Shown here piece after piece: positions 1-12,281 of a DNA stretch of 64,000 bases; within the stretch, counting starts at the first letter, position 1; each line of letters begins with the position of its first letter. Below the pieces are notes generated by a model. That model had not been told where the DNA came from. It ran no database searches and saw only the letters and a program-made list of their open reading frames with translations. This DNA comes from Mizuhopecten yessoensis (Eukaryota). Position numbers and translations under genes: made by a program. The DNA is taken from the NCBI RefSeq assembly GCF_002113885.1, contig NW_018480051.1, positions 306,961 to 370,960 of the forward strand, written 5' to 3'.

Positions 1-110
1 AATCTCCAACCCTCGGGCTGATGTTTTTTTCGGGTTAGACAACCAAAAAACATCACCCCTCGGGTTGGAGATTTCTCTGTCACATCCTCAAGGTAGGGGA
101 AGATTCTATT
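1..110. repeat. Imperfect hairpin, probable end of a non-autonomous DNA element
   Basis: aatctccaaccc (1-12) pairs with gggttggagatt (62-73); gatgtttttt pairs with aaaaaacatc inside. Confidence 0.45.
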
Positions 111-348
111 AATCTTTCCCGGCTAAAACAGGAGACACACCTGTGAAGGGTAGGAGAAAAGGATATATCTCACACTGTCCAGGGGATGTCAGAATTTTTT
201 ATTCGTAGCTTGTCTTACGGTTTTCTTTCTTGAATTTTTACTGGTAGAAAAGTCACTGAATTACCGATTTGTTTGAATGTTGCATAGACTTTTTTGTATT
301 AAATCTAAAGCATACATCTTTAATTTTAGTGATATTTTTTTTTTTTAA

Positions 349-667
349 GTGACCAATTGTGATCGCCTTTTGTCCGTCGTCGTCCGTCTGTAAACAATTT
401 ACATTTTTGACTTCTTCTCCAAAACCCCTGAACCAATTTCAATGAAATTTTGCAGAAACCTTCCATGGCCAAAGGTCAACAAAAATAGTTGCCGGTTTGG
501 TCCCCGGCCCCCCAGAGGCCTGAGGGGCGGGGCCAAAAAGGGTCAAATTGACTAAAATTTCAAAAATCTTCTTCTCAAGACCCAGATATGGTAGAATCAA
601 ACACTCTTCATAGATGGAAGGGTCTTAAGGTGCTCCACCAAAATTGTGAATTTCTTGACCCTGGGGT
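349..667 (+). mobile_element. Helentron-associated non-autonomous element (HINE/DINE-1/pearl-like), cut at an assembly N
   Basis: gtgaccaattgtgatcgcc head, gtcc/gtc microsatellite, conserved tttgacttcttctcc..ccaatttcaatgaaa box and a GC-rich satellite monomer; N at 668. Confidence 0.65.
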
Positions 668-841
668 NTATTTTCTAATGTGTACTGTTAACAGACTGGG
701 TGGATTGCCAGATATTTTAGTTTGTTAGTGTGTCCGGCTAGAATGTAGAGGTCCTTGGTTTGAATTTCTGTCTGGCCGTTGCATTTTCCTTTCCTGTTTA
801 CATATATATGGAAATGCTCATTTTTGTGTTTTAATTCTCAG

Positions 842-3800
842 CTCATCACGAGGAAGTGGCAGTTACGGTAACAAGTCCCACAGTAGCCTGTCTCCCACGC
901 CAACCATCAACGAATCACCGCGCTACCAAAACTTAGAAACACAAAACCAAGCTTACTTACCAAGATCATACCCACAGAAAGGGGGACCATGTGAAAAACA
1001 AGATAACTCACAAAGGCAGAATGCCAGTTCCTCCCGGATACCAGCACCGTCATCAGCTTCACAACGCCAGAGTGGAAATTCCTCCCGAACATCAGAAAGG
1101 CAAGAGCAGCACCGTCTTCGTCAACATTCACCCGAGTTAGTTCCAGCGAGCCCAATTGAAACTAGAAATTTTCATGAAAGTTTACCTGTGGGATTGTTGG
1201 AATCGGAAAACTTCAGCAGGAAGCAGAAAAAATCAAATTCTCCGAAAAGTAGAAGACAGATTTTTCATAAGCTTTTACCTGTTGCTCAAGGTCATCATGA
1301 AATTGACAAAGACACTCGAAATGAACATGTTCAACATGAGCCACAAAGTACTGTTCAAATGGAACAAGAACAAAGTGCCGATTTTGAACTTCTGTCTGAG
1401 CAGAACCAGGACAGCGATGGCCAGTTTAGGACTCCTCCATTGTGTAAAAACGATAAACGTGTTTCTCATAAAAATTCCCCTGAGGAACAGAACATCAGAC
1501 TTTCACTGGAGGATAGCTGGAATACAGATTCTGCTTCACAGAAACCAGTCAGATGGCAAGGCCTAGGGGACGCAATGCGGAGTAATTCCCCAGGTTCTGC
1601 AAGACAGCGTACACAAAGTTCCGGTGAAGAGGAAGAGAGACAAAGACTGACTCAGGGGGATCAAGGAGGAAATAATTCACCGAGATATGCAAGTGGAAGA
1701 CGACCTGATGCAGGGGAGGTAATCCTGTCTCACTCTCCACAGGAGAACAGATCTGTGTCCTTCGAGGATAGACTTTCTTCGTTTTTAGATGACGAACATG
1801 AACTTGACGATGATTTCTCAGCCAGAAGACATCTTGCCAGCTCCGATGTAAGTTGTTCTCTATATGATTGTTGTAACCTTTTAACTCATTCACCCCTGAA
1901 ATTTCATAATGAACTATTCCAACCTTTGAATTGGAAGAGTTCAAATGTGTCTTCAGGGGTGAAAGAGTTAAATTAAAGAAAATGTCAGAATTTGAAAATA
2001 TAAGCTGACACAGTTGACAGGCATGATGTTCACATTAAAATGTCAAGTGTACATAGAACATGCAATTATTTATGCACAAAACTTAGTATTTGAGGTTAGT
2101 CAGGTAAAAGAAGATTGCTTGTGATGGCTCTATGGATTTAAACTTACCAGGTATTAATATTGAATGACTAATTAATTAGCATATTAAAACAGGTGATATT
2201 TTTTTCCAGCCTGAAGCTTCACCCGGTAGAAAACTGCAGCGTCTTCTACTTGAGTCAAAGAAAATGATTGAAACTCTGGAGAAATCTACAAACCCTTCGT
2301 CTCCATTGAAAGAGGTACGCATGGAAATGTTGAGCAGTAAAAATGATTGTGTGTGAAAGCACAGACAGTTGAATTTAACCATTTAACCAAATAACGAAAT
2401 AGAAATTTTAATTAAAAAAGGATCGGTCAGGAATCCGATTGGTCTCTGTACACTATATCAACCAAGTATCAAATGTTTTGCCAAAAGAGGTTCTGATTGG
2501 CTGAAATCCACTCAGGATCCTTTTTATCAACATTTTTCAAAATATGTTTTCTCACTTAAATCAACGGAAACAGATATGTATGCTTTCTTGGTAGTTTTCA
2601 CCTAATATTTTGCACATTTATCAACGGGTATGAAAAATATGTGAGAAACATGTGTCCTAGACTATCAAAGTCGATAAAGTTTGAGACTGAAGAGAGAAAC
2701 CAAAGAAGGTTGTTTCACAGCAGCTGATTGGTCAATCTTAAAACGGAAATAAACATTACTACATGTATTTTAAACAATATGTTACATGCTTTGCTTTGTG
2801 GGAAATACAAATAAAAATGCAGACAAACCTTAGTTTTAAAAACTGTTCATAAAACAGCAAAATCAACAAATGATAGGCTTTCAAAATTAAAAACAGTATT
2901 TTTTTGGTTTGTTTTTGTTGCGACTATTACACAGCAGATATTATTTCTCTTAAACTTGTCATCGATTTTGAGGATTTTCATTTTTCTAATGGCTAAACTT
3001 AAGTATTTGTTATATAAGTGAAGATAATGAATGACAAAAAGTAAAGTATAACGACAGTAGGGTTATTCAACTTATCACAGTCAGTATGGGTATTCAACGT
3101 ATCACAGACAGTAGCTATATAGGTGTATTCAACTTATCACAGACAGTAGGGGGTATTCAACTTATCACAGCCAGTAGGGGTATTCAACTTATCACAGACA
3201 GTAGGGGGGTATTAAACTTATCACAGACAGTAGATGTATTCAACTTATCACAGACACTGAGACAGTAGGGTTATTCAACTTATCACAGTCAGTATGGGTA
3301 TTCAACGTATCACAGACAGTAGCTATATAGGGGTATTCAACTTATCACAGACAGTAGGGGTATTCAACTTATCACAGTCAGTAGATGTATTCAACTTATC
3401 ACAGACACTGAGACAGTAGGGGTATTCAATTTATCATAGACAATAGAGGTAGTCAACTTATCACAGTCAGTTTCGATATTCAACTTATCGCATACACTGA
3501 GACAGTAGGGGTATTCAACTTATCAGACACTGAGACAGCAGGGGTATTCAACATATCACAGATGGTGGGGGTATTCAACTTGTCACAGACAGTCGGGGTA
3601 TTCAACTTATATCAGACAGAAGGGGTTTTCAACCTCTCACAGACAGAAGAGGTATTCAATTTATCAAAGACAGTAGATGTATTCAACTTATCAGAGATAC
3701 TGAGACAGTAGGGGTATTCAATTTATCATAGACAATAGAGGTTGTCAACTTATCACAGTCAGTTTCAATATTCAACTTATCACAGTCAGTTTCGATATTC

Positions 3801-3967
3801 AACTTTTCACAGATAGTAGGGGTATTCAACTAATCACAGTCAGTTTGTCTCTTTATTTTAATGACCTTTTAGGGGAGCATAATCCATCAATTTTACGAAT
3901 TTTTTCTTTCTCTTATAATATTTCTTCTCTTATCCAGGATGAAGCCAGAGAGGGAGGCAGCCAGTGA
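842..3967 (+). CDS. 3' coding exons of a host gene, Ser/Gln/Arg-rich disordered C-terminus (exons 842-1847, 2210-2314, 3938-3967)
   Basis: AG at 840-841, then an open frame from 843 (SSRGSGSYGNK...) continuous with ORF 1188-1976 to GTAAGT at 1848. Phase-0 exon PEASPGRKLQRLLLESKKMIETLEKSTNPSSPLKE follows, then terminal exon DEAREGGSQ-TGA. Splice phases are consistent. Confidence 0.7.
1885..1967. mobile_element. 83-bp TTAA-flanked MITE, copy 1 (piggyBac-like ends)
   Basis: TIR ctcattcacccctgaa / ttcaggggtgaaagag with TTAA at 1881-1884 and 1968-1971. Confidence 0.8.
3052..3845. repeat. Intronic minisatellite, ~27-bp unit gacagtaggggtattcaacttatcaca
   Basis: Many degenerate tandem copies visible directly. 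Confidence 0.95.
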
Positions 3968-4625
3968 CAACAGTAATATTGGAGTTATGAACTGTAAACA
4001 ATTTATGCAATCTAAACTACCCAGAAACTGATGATGTTTTTACAAATATTGTATTACTCTTTCAAAACATTGTCACCCATGATATTTGAAAGTTCAGCAT
4101 TTCATCATACTTAGTTGGTTCCACTAATTTGAATGACATTTCATTAAAACACATTTTATCAAAAAGATTTTATATTTTTTTTAGCATCTATCTCTTTTGA
4201 AATGTCCCAGAATCAGATCACCCAGATAATCATCATCTCTTGGGGTTTTTTTCCTCATTAAGCTGAAGTCTCTTCTTATTTGGTAAACGTCAAGCATAAT
4301 TTTAAAAAATAAAATAAAATCAGAAGCAAAATTTTGTTTGAAACTATTACGTCAGGAAAGTATTAATTTTACAATGGAGTTTTAAGCAATGTCTCTTATG
4401 AAATGTCATATACTGCCATGGCTATTTAGTCAGGGAAAAATTATGTAGGATGAAAGTAGTTTAAACTGTTTAACAGGATATCATATTTCTTTTAGCAAGC
4501 ATATGTTATTTTAAAACTATTCATACACACAAAGGTCATTTTACTTTGCAAGAATACATCAGATACTCCAATATGGCAGAAACAGATTTTGACAGAGAAA
4601 GGTTTTATAGATTTTATCTTGTTAA

Positions 4626-4708
4626 CTCATTCACCCCTGAAGTTTCATAATGAACTATTCCAACCTTTGAATTGGAAGAGTTCAAATGTGTCTTCAGGGG
4701 TGAATGAG
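4626..4708. mobile_element. 83-bp TTAA-flanked MITE, copy 2, in the presumed 3' UTR
   Basis: Near-identical to 1885-1967; TTAA at 4622-4625 and 4709-4712. Confidence 0.8.
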
Positions 4709-6564
4709 TTAAAGATATTCCCAGTAATTTAACTGTTTTGTACAGTAACAGTCTTTTAGACTAAAAAAGTTCATTATTTTTTTTGGCACAACATTTCAAT
4801 GGCACAGCCATCCTTATCAAATGCCTCAATGTTTATGTCCATCACTAAGGAAACTACCTTATTAATCAGTAATTTAATGAAATGAAATCCCGTCAAACAA
4901 GCAGAAGAGACCAACTTTATTAAATACCCTGTTAAGATCTACTTTTATTAGTCTTTTTTGATAGGAGTTATTCCCCTTTTCTGATATGACCTTTTGTTGA
5001 AATCTTCTACAATTTGTGAAAAATCGTTTAAAGTTTACCCAGTAATATTTTTGAAATATAACTTTCATTCAGACGCATTTGCTGGAAGTCAAAAACGATG
5101 TTTTCTGTGAATAAATATAATTATTTATTGCTTAATGCAGGAACATTTTACATGATATATATACAGTATTCTGTTGTTTTCCATAGGTTGGAATGCCAAA
5201 ATTCTCAAACAGTGCTGTTTTAAACAGTGTATTTAGGTACAATGTGTCTGTATAGTTCAACAGATTCACAGCTGATGTATTTATTACCTGGTACTGTTAT
5301 ACAGCGATATCCGTCCATGTCATAACAAATATATTGCAGCAATGTTGTTTTTTTGAAAAGCAACAAATATATAACGTTTACATCTCATTTTATGTTTTCT
5401 TTAAATCAATCTCAAAATTATACATCACATTTTACTTATTTTATCGGTGATAAAGTCTTTCGGCTCTGTGCCCGAAAAATCGGTCAAATTAGGGGTTGGC
5501 ATATTTCTTGTTACGAGCAAAGATATTCCCCTCTCCTCCTCACAAATAGAAGGAGAGAGGGAGAGAGAAATGAGGGGGCTTATCAGCAGGCATGGGCCTA
5601 CCACCACTAAAATAGGGTTCACATTGCTTCACATTGCTATTTACTAATGTAAAAAAAAACATGCTGTCTCCCTATTAATAGTTACATTGTATGTAGCATT
5701 TCATTCCTTTCTACAATGTTTCATTGATTAGCAGTATTATTTTCACCTAGTCAATAGTCTTGAACATTTTACATTCCGAACCAGCCTTGTATTTTAGAAA
5801 AAGGAAATAATGCAAACAATTTTGGTGTCAAAAGGTAAAGGTCATGGTAAGCTATTTTGATTTGTAAAAAATCCATTTATCAATTAACCTATTCTGCTCT
5901 ATTTAATGATAATGATATGCAAGATGTTGGATTATTAATTAGCAATAAACTTGCATTCTACTTATCATGAGTTTTTGTCAGGTACATGTAGACTATGTTT
6001 ACCTAAATTCTCCAACCTACCAGGTAGCAACCAGAAGCAATTTCTAATTTGATGATCAAAATGACCTGTTTATGTTTCGAAACTGACCTGGAAAAATAGG
6101 AGCCTGAATTCATCATATAAAAAAAAATTAAGGACATATTTTTCCTCGTGATTTAAGCATTATTTACTTTTAAACATTAGACAGCATTTGTATTAGTTTG
6201 TATGCATTGTAAGTATAAGTACACAACTCAACATACAATGGTTTTTTAGTGATATCCGTACAGGTGTTTTTAAATAAGTCATCTACCTACCCCCAGTAAA
6301 TCATTTTCTCCTTAAAAATTTTCAATGGGAAAACAGTTTTATAGCATTGATAATAAGATGGTTTGGGTTAACATGTGATTATCAGGGAAAAAGGTAGTTT
6401 GTGATGGATTCAGACATCACTTTATTGATGCAAATGTATCAGCTTACATCAATTACCAGTGATGAATATGACATCCCTGTGAGTGTGTGTGTGACTATAT
6501 TTTATACACTAGTTATATGTTATTGTTGATATATCAGATACAAATATTTATTTACAATTATTTT

Positions 6565-6570
6565 AATAAA
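6565..6570 (+). terminator. Candidate polyadenylation signal of the host gene
   Basis: AATAAA followed by a GT/T-rich tract (gtttcagtttgttacgagttttt) after ~2.6 kb of UTR-like sequence. Confidence 0.45.
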
Positions 6571-7379
6571 AGTATTTTGTAATAATGAAGGTTTCAGTTT
6601 GTTACGAGTTTTTTTTTATTGGAGCCGTTGAATTGTACGTGTACTGCCTTCTGAAATGCCGACCATATGAGCTATCTCAGCAATAGTATAGTGACCACTG
6701 TCCTTAATTATTGCTTTCACAGCAACGGTTTTAATTTTTGATGTTCAAAATGCTATATTCACGAAGCACTTGTAGTATACTAATCGGACCATTATCTAGA
6801 GACTGTATTGGGAAGCTATCTACAAACTCGTTAGGCACAGCTGCTATCGCATTGGGAAGCTATCTATAAACTGGTTAGGCACAGCTGCTGACGGCTACTT
6901 TAGTATAAGTCAACATTCTCTTTCACTTCGAGACTTTGAGACAAAGAAAACACAAAGCCTACTTTATCAAGGACAGTTATCAAACAGTCGTTCAACAAGT
7001 CGCGAGCATGAAACTACGCAATGATGGCCAAGGGGAGCATTGATATCATACTATATTATGAAATAATGAACACGTACATTATCTAAAGATCTTTCGAGGT
7101 AAGTGTGTGTTTTTTTTGTGAAGAAATTATTCGGTCCAAAAAGCGTAATAATCTGAGATTGATATAGTTCATGATGCTCACTGAAAAAAACACGCCTTTT
7201 TGTAACATTTTAACATTTTTACTTTGATTTATTGACCGTTTTCATATGTATTTCATCATTTTACAGCATTAATCATACCATGAAATAATCAACACAGCTT
7301 TTAAAGATCTTCCTGCAGAAGAAGGAGAAAGTCTGTTGTTTGGTTTTGATTTGCCCAGGCTTGGCGAGGACCGCTATGA

Positions 7380-7530
7380 ATGCTGTACACAGCATCCAAA
7401 AACAGTTCCCAATATGGCAGCATTTTATGCTATACAACTCGGCATGTATCTGTTTTGGCGGCATCTGAAAAGCACACTGTGCTTTAGTATAGGAGCGTAT
7501 TTCAGATTTAGTCTCCGCCTTCATTTTAGC
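7380..7530 (-). pseudogene. Mariner (Mos1-type) transposase N-terminal HTH remnant
   Basis: MKAETKSEIRSYTKAQCAFQMPPKQIHAELYSI resembles the mariner HTH pattern IRxYIK...xxxxIHxEL; no catalytic domain seen. Confidence 0.5.
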
Positions 7531-7640
7531 ATTGAAAAGTAGACACAGGTCACGAGTGGATACCATTCAACCATGAATGACTTCTTCAATTCTTGTCAGA
7601 TGATATCGTCATTTTGCATGTGCATTGCTCTTTAAATATT

Positions 7641-8930
7641 CATGTGACCAGTTAACAGTCGTAGGGTAGCAAACACCAGTTTATCATGGGACCAGTTAAC
7701 AGTCGTAGGGTAGCAAACACTAGTTTATCATGTGACCAGTTAACAGTTGAAGGGTAGCAAACACCAGTTTATCATGTGACCAGTTAACAGTCGTAGGGTA
7801 GCAAACACTAGTTTATCATGTGACCAGTTAACAGTTGAAGGGTAGCAAACACCAGTTTATCATGTGACCAGTTAACAGTCGTAGTGTAGCAAACACCAGT
7901 TTCTCATGTGACCAGTTAACAGTCGTAGGGGAGCAAACACTAGTTTATCATGTGACCAGTTAACAGTTGAGGGGTAGCAAACACCAGTTTATCATGTGAC
8001 CATTTAACAATCGTAGGGTAGCAAACACCAGTTTATCATGTGTCCATTTAACAGTCATAGGGTAGCAACCCCCAGTTTATCATGTGACCATTTAACAGTC
8101 GTAGTGTAGCAAACACCAGGTTATCATGTGACCATTTAACAGTCGTAGGGTAGCAAACACCAGTTTATCATGTGACCATTTAACAGTCGTAGGGTAGCAA
8201 ACACTAGTTTATCATGTGACCATTAACAGTCGTAGGGTAGCAAACACCAGTTTATCATGTGACCAGTTAACAGTCGTAGGGTAGTAAACACCAGTTTATC
8301 ATGTGACCATTTAACAGTCGTAGGGTAGCAAACACCAGTTTATCATGTGACCATTTAACAGTCATAGGGTAGAAAACACCAGTTTATCATGTAACCATTT
8401 AACAGTCGTAGGGTAGCAAACACCAGTTTATCATGTGACCGGTTAACAGTCGTAGGGTAGCAAACACCAGTTTATCATGTTACCATTTAACAGTCATAGG
8501 GTAGCAAACACCAGTTTATCATGTGACCAGTAGACAGTCATAGGACAGAAAAAAACACCAGTTCATCACATGACTACTTAAAAGTCGTAGGGTAACACAC
8601 ACCAGTTTATCATGTGACCAGTCAACAGTTGTAGGGTAACAACTACCAGTTTATCATGTAACCAGTCAACAGTTGTAGTGTTACAAACAACAGTTTATCA
8701 TGTGACCAGTCAACAGTTGTAGGGTAACATACACCAGTTTATCATGTGACCAGTCAACAGTTGTAGGGTAACAAACACCAGTTTATCATGTAATCAGTCA
8801 ACAGTTGTAGGGTAACATACACCAGTTTATCATGTAGCCAGTCAACAGTTGTAGGGTAACATACACCAGTTTATCATGTGACCAGTCAACAGTTGTAGGG
8901 TAGCATACACAAGTTAATCATGTGCCCATT
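7641..8930. repeat. Tandem array, 44-bp unit catgtgaccagttaacagtcgtagggtagcaaacaccagtttat, ~29 copies
   Basis: Period 44 (7641, 7685, ...); no unique spacers. Confidence 0.95.
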
Positions 8931-8999
8931 TGGTTTTAGAAGAGTTGTCAGAACAAGGCTTTTTCCACAAAGGGCAACAACTCCATAAAAAGGGGTCAG

Positions 9000-11900
9000 A
9001 AGGTTCAGAACACATTCACAATTCGCCAAGGATCAGTCGTTTTCTTACAAAAACTCTTTAGCTGTTAACATGGCATTGTCTCATCAACAACGGTTTTCTC
9101 CTTGCCATAACTGCAGCTGCATCCTGAAATAATTAAAAGAGAGAATTAATATAACAAGTTAACTGATATAATATATACAAATTATTCTATGTAGATATAT
9201 AAGACCAATTAAACTTAAGCTGCAGTAGATTTCACAGCATTTTGCTTCTCGAAACATTAAAATATATGCATATATATTATAGCTATAGAAATTGATTGAT
9301 AAGTAACATATTATAATCTTTAAATCAAATGTTTCCCTAAATATAAAATTGAACTCTGAATTTTTTTCATCATATTAACTTAACTTGTGTGCAGTTTTTC
9401 CAATAAAAACAGTTGGTATTTGAGTATTATTTATTTTTCACTTAGATTTCAGTTAAATTTATGTCGTACCATCATGACAAAGACTCCACATGAATGACCG
9501 TCGTCTTGCCTCGAGCAAGGAGACTCCATCCAAGTGCACGTCTCTGGTGCCATTCCAAGAGCTTGACCCCAAGCAATGAGGAATTGCCTAAATTTATGAA
9601 AAAATGTATTAGCTAATTATTTTAATTTCTGTCTTAACAAATAAATAAAACGTTGCTATTAAATGAAAAGTATTATTAGTTAAAAGAAAAAAAAGTATAC
9701 AGAAAAAAAAGTATGAACATATGGACATGTGTATATTTTTGGAAGATAGGTGAATATTTCTAAATATTTTATGAAAACAAAGCGATTGAAAAACAGGAAA
9801 TGAATTTAACAAAGAAGTTGAGACATAACTGATGCATCAAAAATTGTAGTCATGACATTTGCAGAGACCAAACATCAATGAAACAACAAAACAGTACTTC
9901 GAAGAAACTTGATCATGCGGGACATTAATGTTATAATGAAATTGCTGTCACTGGTGTTCAATCTTAAAAAATTAATTCAAAACAACACATCTTATATTAT
10001 CGTGTTTAGTCTGCACTAAACCCAACAGCACACACAGGTTATACTCTGCTATGTTTTTTGTCGATAAAATAACAAACACTTAAATTTTCGAAAATGAGCA
10101 TTTATTCTAAATGCCAGAAATCGAACATATGTATACATATTTGTGTTGATTTTTATAATAAGGTGTACAAAGAACCAAAAAGATGGGGCTTGCTTCAAAA
10201 TAAACGCACTATTTGTAATTAAAATATGTACAACAAATGAAACAAAATTTAAAACAAAGATGTGCAACAATTACATTTTACACAATAGTACATAAAGGTG
10301 GATACAAATTAGTGGAGGAGGAGGGTAGCTGATTTTTTAAGGAGACTTTTCAAAATGTCAGCATGGAAAAATATTCTGCACAGGTCACGTGACTTTAGTA
10401 CACCAAAACATCACGTGACTACTTCTAAAGGGATGGACTAGTTTAAAAAACGGAAAGTTATCCTCCATCCGTAACCAACAAAATATAACATATGGAAATA
10501 TCATATACTAACCAGATAATATAAATTACGTTATGCATTGCATAAATACAATTATTCTAAGAAATTATGAATCTTTTTAAACATTATGATAATATTGCTG
10601 ATGCCATGGAAATTGGATTACTTACCTCCAATGTTTTGCAAACATGTTTGATCTCTCAATGCTATGTAGTGAATCATAGATGTACAGTTCCTGTTGTTTG
10701 GGTTTGGCGACCATAAGGAACCAGTGGTCCTTATGACATACAGGCAGGAGTATCGCCTCGTAAATATGGAATGGAACCCGTTATAAATAAATTTGGTTTA
10801 GTTATTAAACATACTTATTTTAAGCTATCATCATGAAATATTGTATACAAAACTTGGAAGAATATGAACTAGGAATTGTGGGTTGGTGCTTTGTTTAAAT
10901 ATATGTGAGCAAAAAAAAATAAAAAATACTGACTTTGTGATGATAAATATATATAATTTACTTTTACAGTGGCTCCAGCTCTGTTGGTCTTCATCTTTTT
11001 TCTTTTTCTTTTTTTTTTTGTGAGGGAACTAAGAAAAAGCTCAGAATCTCTTTTCTGTTCTTTTCTATATATAATTAAATGTCACATGACTATTTAAGTG
11101 GTACTTAAGCACATATTTCACGTTTGTACGGTAAAATCTTTTCATTAAAGCACCATTTGAACATGTTAATTTGAACTTGTTAATTGAAACTTCACCTTAT
11201 GGAATGTCCATGTTTGGTAGTCATTGTGGCTCCATTTGGTTGCCAGGAAGCAGGGCAGGATGAGGCTTTCATGGTTGTTCTCCTGTTTCTGTTCCCAACT
11301 TAGAACTGTCAAGAAGGGGTGCATCACCTGAACAAAAAGGATTGAAAGTTCATCCTTTTTTATTATTTGGAAAATGAAATATGAGTGTCATATTTGATCT
11401 AGGAATGAAATAAGAGTGTCAGATTTGATCTAGGAATGAAATAGGAGTGTCATATTTGATCAAGGACCTGTATAAAAATCATGAAATACTGTTGCATTGT
11501 TTTTATTAAATAATAAATTACAGTATTGAATATAGTATTAATTGGTTAATCCTGAGATAATTCAGGCATTAAGCAAGATATCAAAGTAAAACAGGAATAT
11601 CTCATGATGTTGGAAGACCACGATTGTAATCAAAAGGTTGAACTATAAAATAAAGTAATCCATTTTTAATAGATAGGTTCGATTACACATTTTTATGTTG
11701 TGTTTTTCTTAAATTCATTTGTAAATCAAATGTTAAGTGAAAAAAGTGATTAAGAAATCCATTAAATTATGAAAATGTGCATTGTATTATTTGTGTAATG
11801 TGTTTGTTTGTTTAATTTTAAAACATGTTCAGACAGACTTACAGCTCCTCAATAAAATTAATCAATTGATATGTATAACTGTGTATCAATGAAAACCGTT

Positions 11901-12280
11901 CTAGCCATTAAATTAAAGAATAATAGTATTTTTCACTCGGCATGGTGGTCACCTGTGCTTATGGGACCAAATGTGGTTATTATTTAAGCAAAAGCATGTA
12001 GTTTAGCAAACTGATTTCAACTTTATGGGTGATTTGATCTATGCATGGAGATTAGATCATTATATTTGGTTTTCAAATTACAATCTTTCATGTCACATTT
12101 GTTCTCACCTGGTCATTGACCCATTTCCTTGGTGCTAAGGTTTCGAAATCTTCCATTGCGAGCTTCGTAGTTCCTATTCCTAACCGTCCACGGGTCGATC
12201 TCGATAGAAGTGGCATTTTTTCTTTTAAGCTGTGGTGTGGTTAAAGGCAGTGTTTTAAGTGTATCTATGACCGAATCTGA
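9000..12280 (-). pseudogene. Ulp1/SENP-type (C48) cysteine protease domain of a Ginger1-like element; exons ..12109, 11327-11196, 10777-10626, 9587-9470, 9123..
   Basis: Spliced translation: EDFETLAPRKWVNDQ|VMHPFL...|VPFHIYEAILLPVCHKDHWFLMVAKPKQQELYIYDSL...|...QDDGHSCGVFVMM. It shows the HW, YDS and QxxxxxCG motifs. One acceptor is mutated to GG and the last exon has a stop. Confidence 0.8.
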
Positions 12281-12281
12281 A

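Noticed and set aside
7641-8930. CRISPR-like array
   Set aside because: Contiguous tandem monomers with no unique spacers, no cas genes, eukaryotic context.
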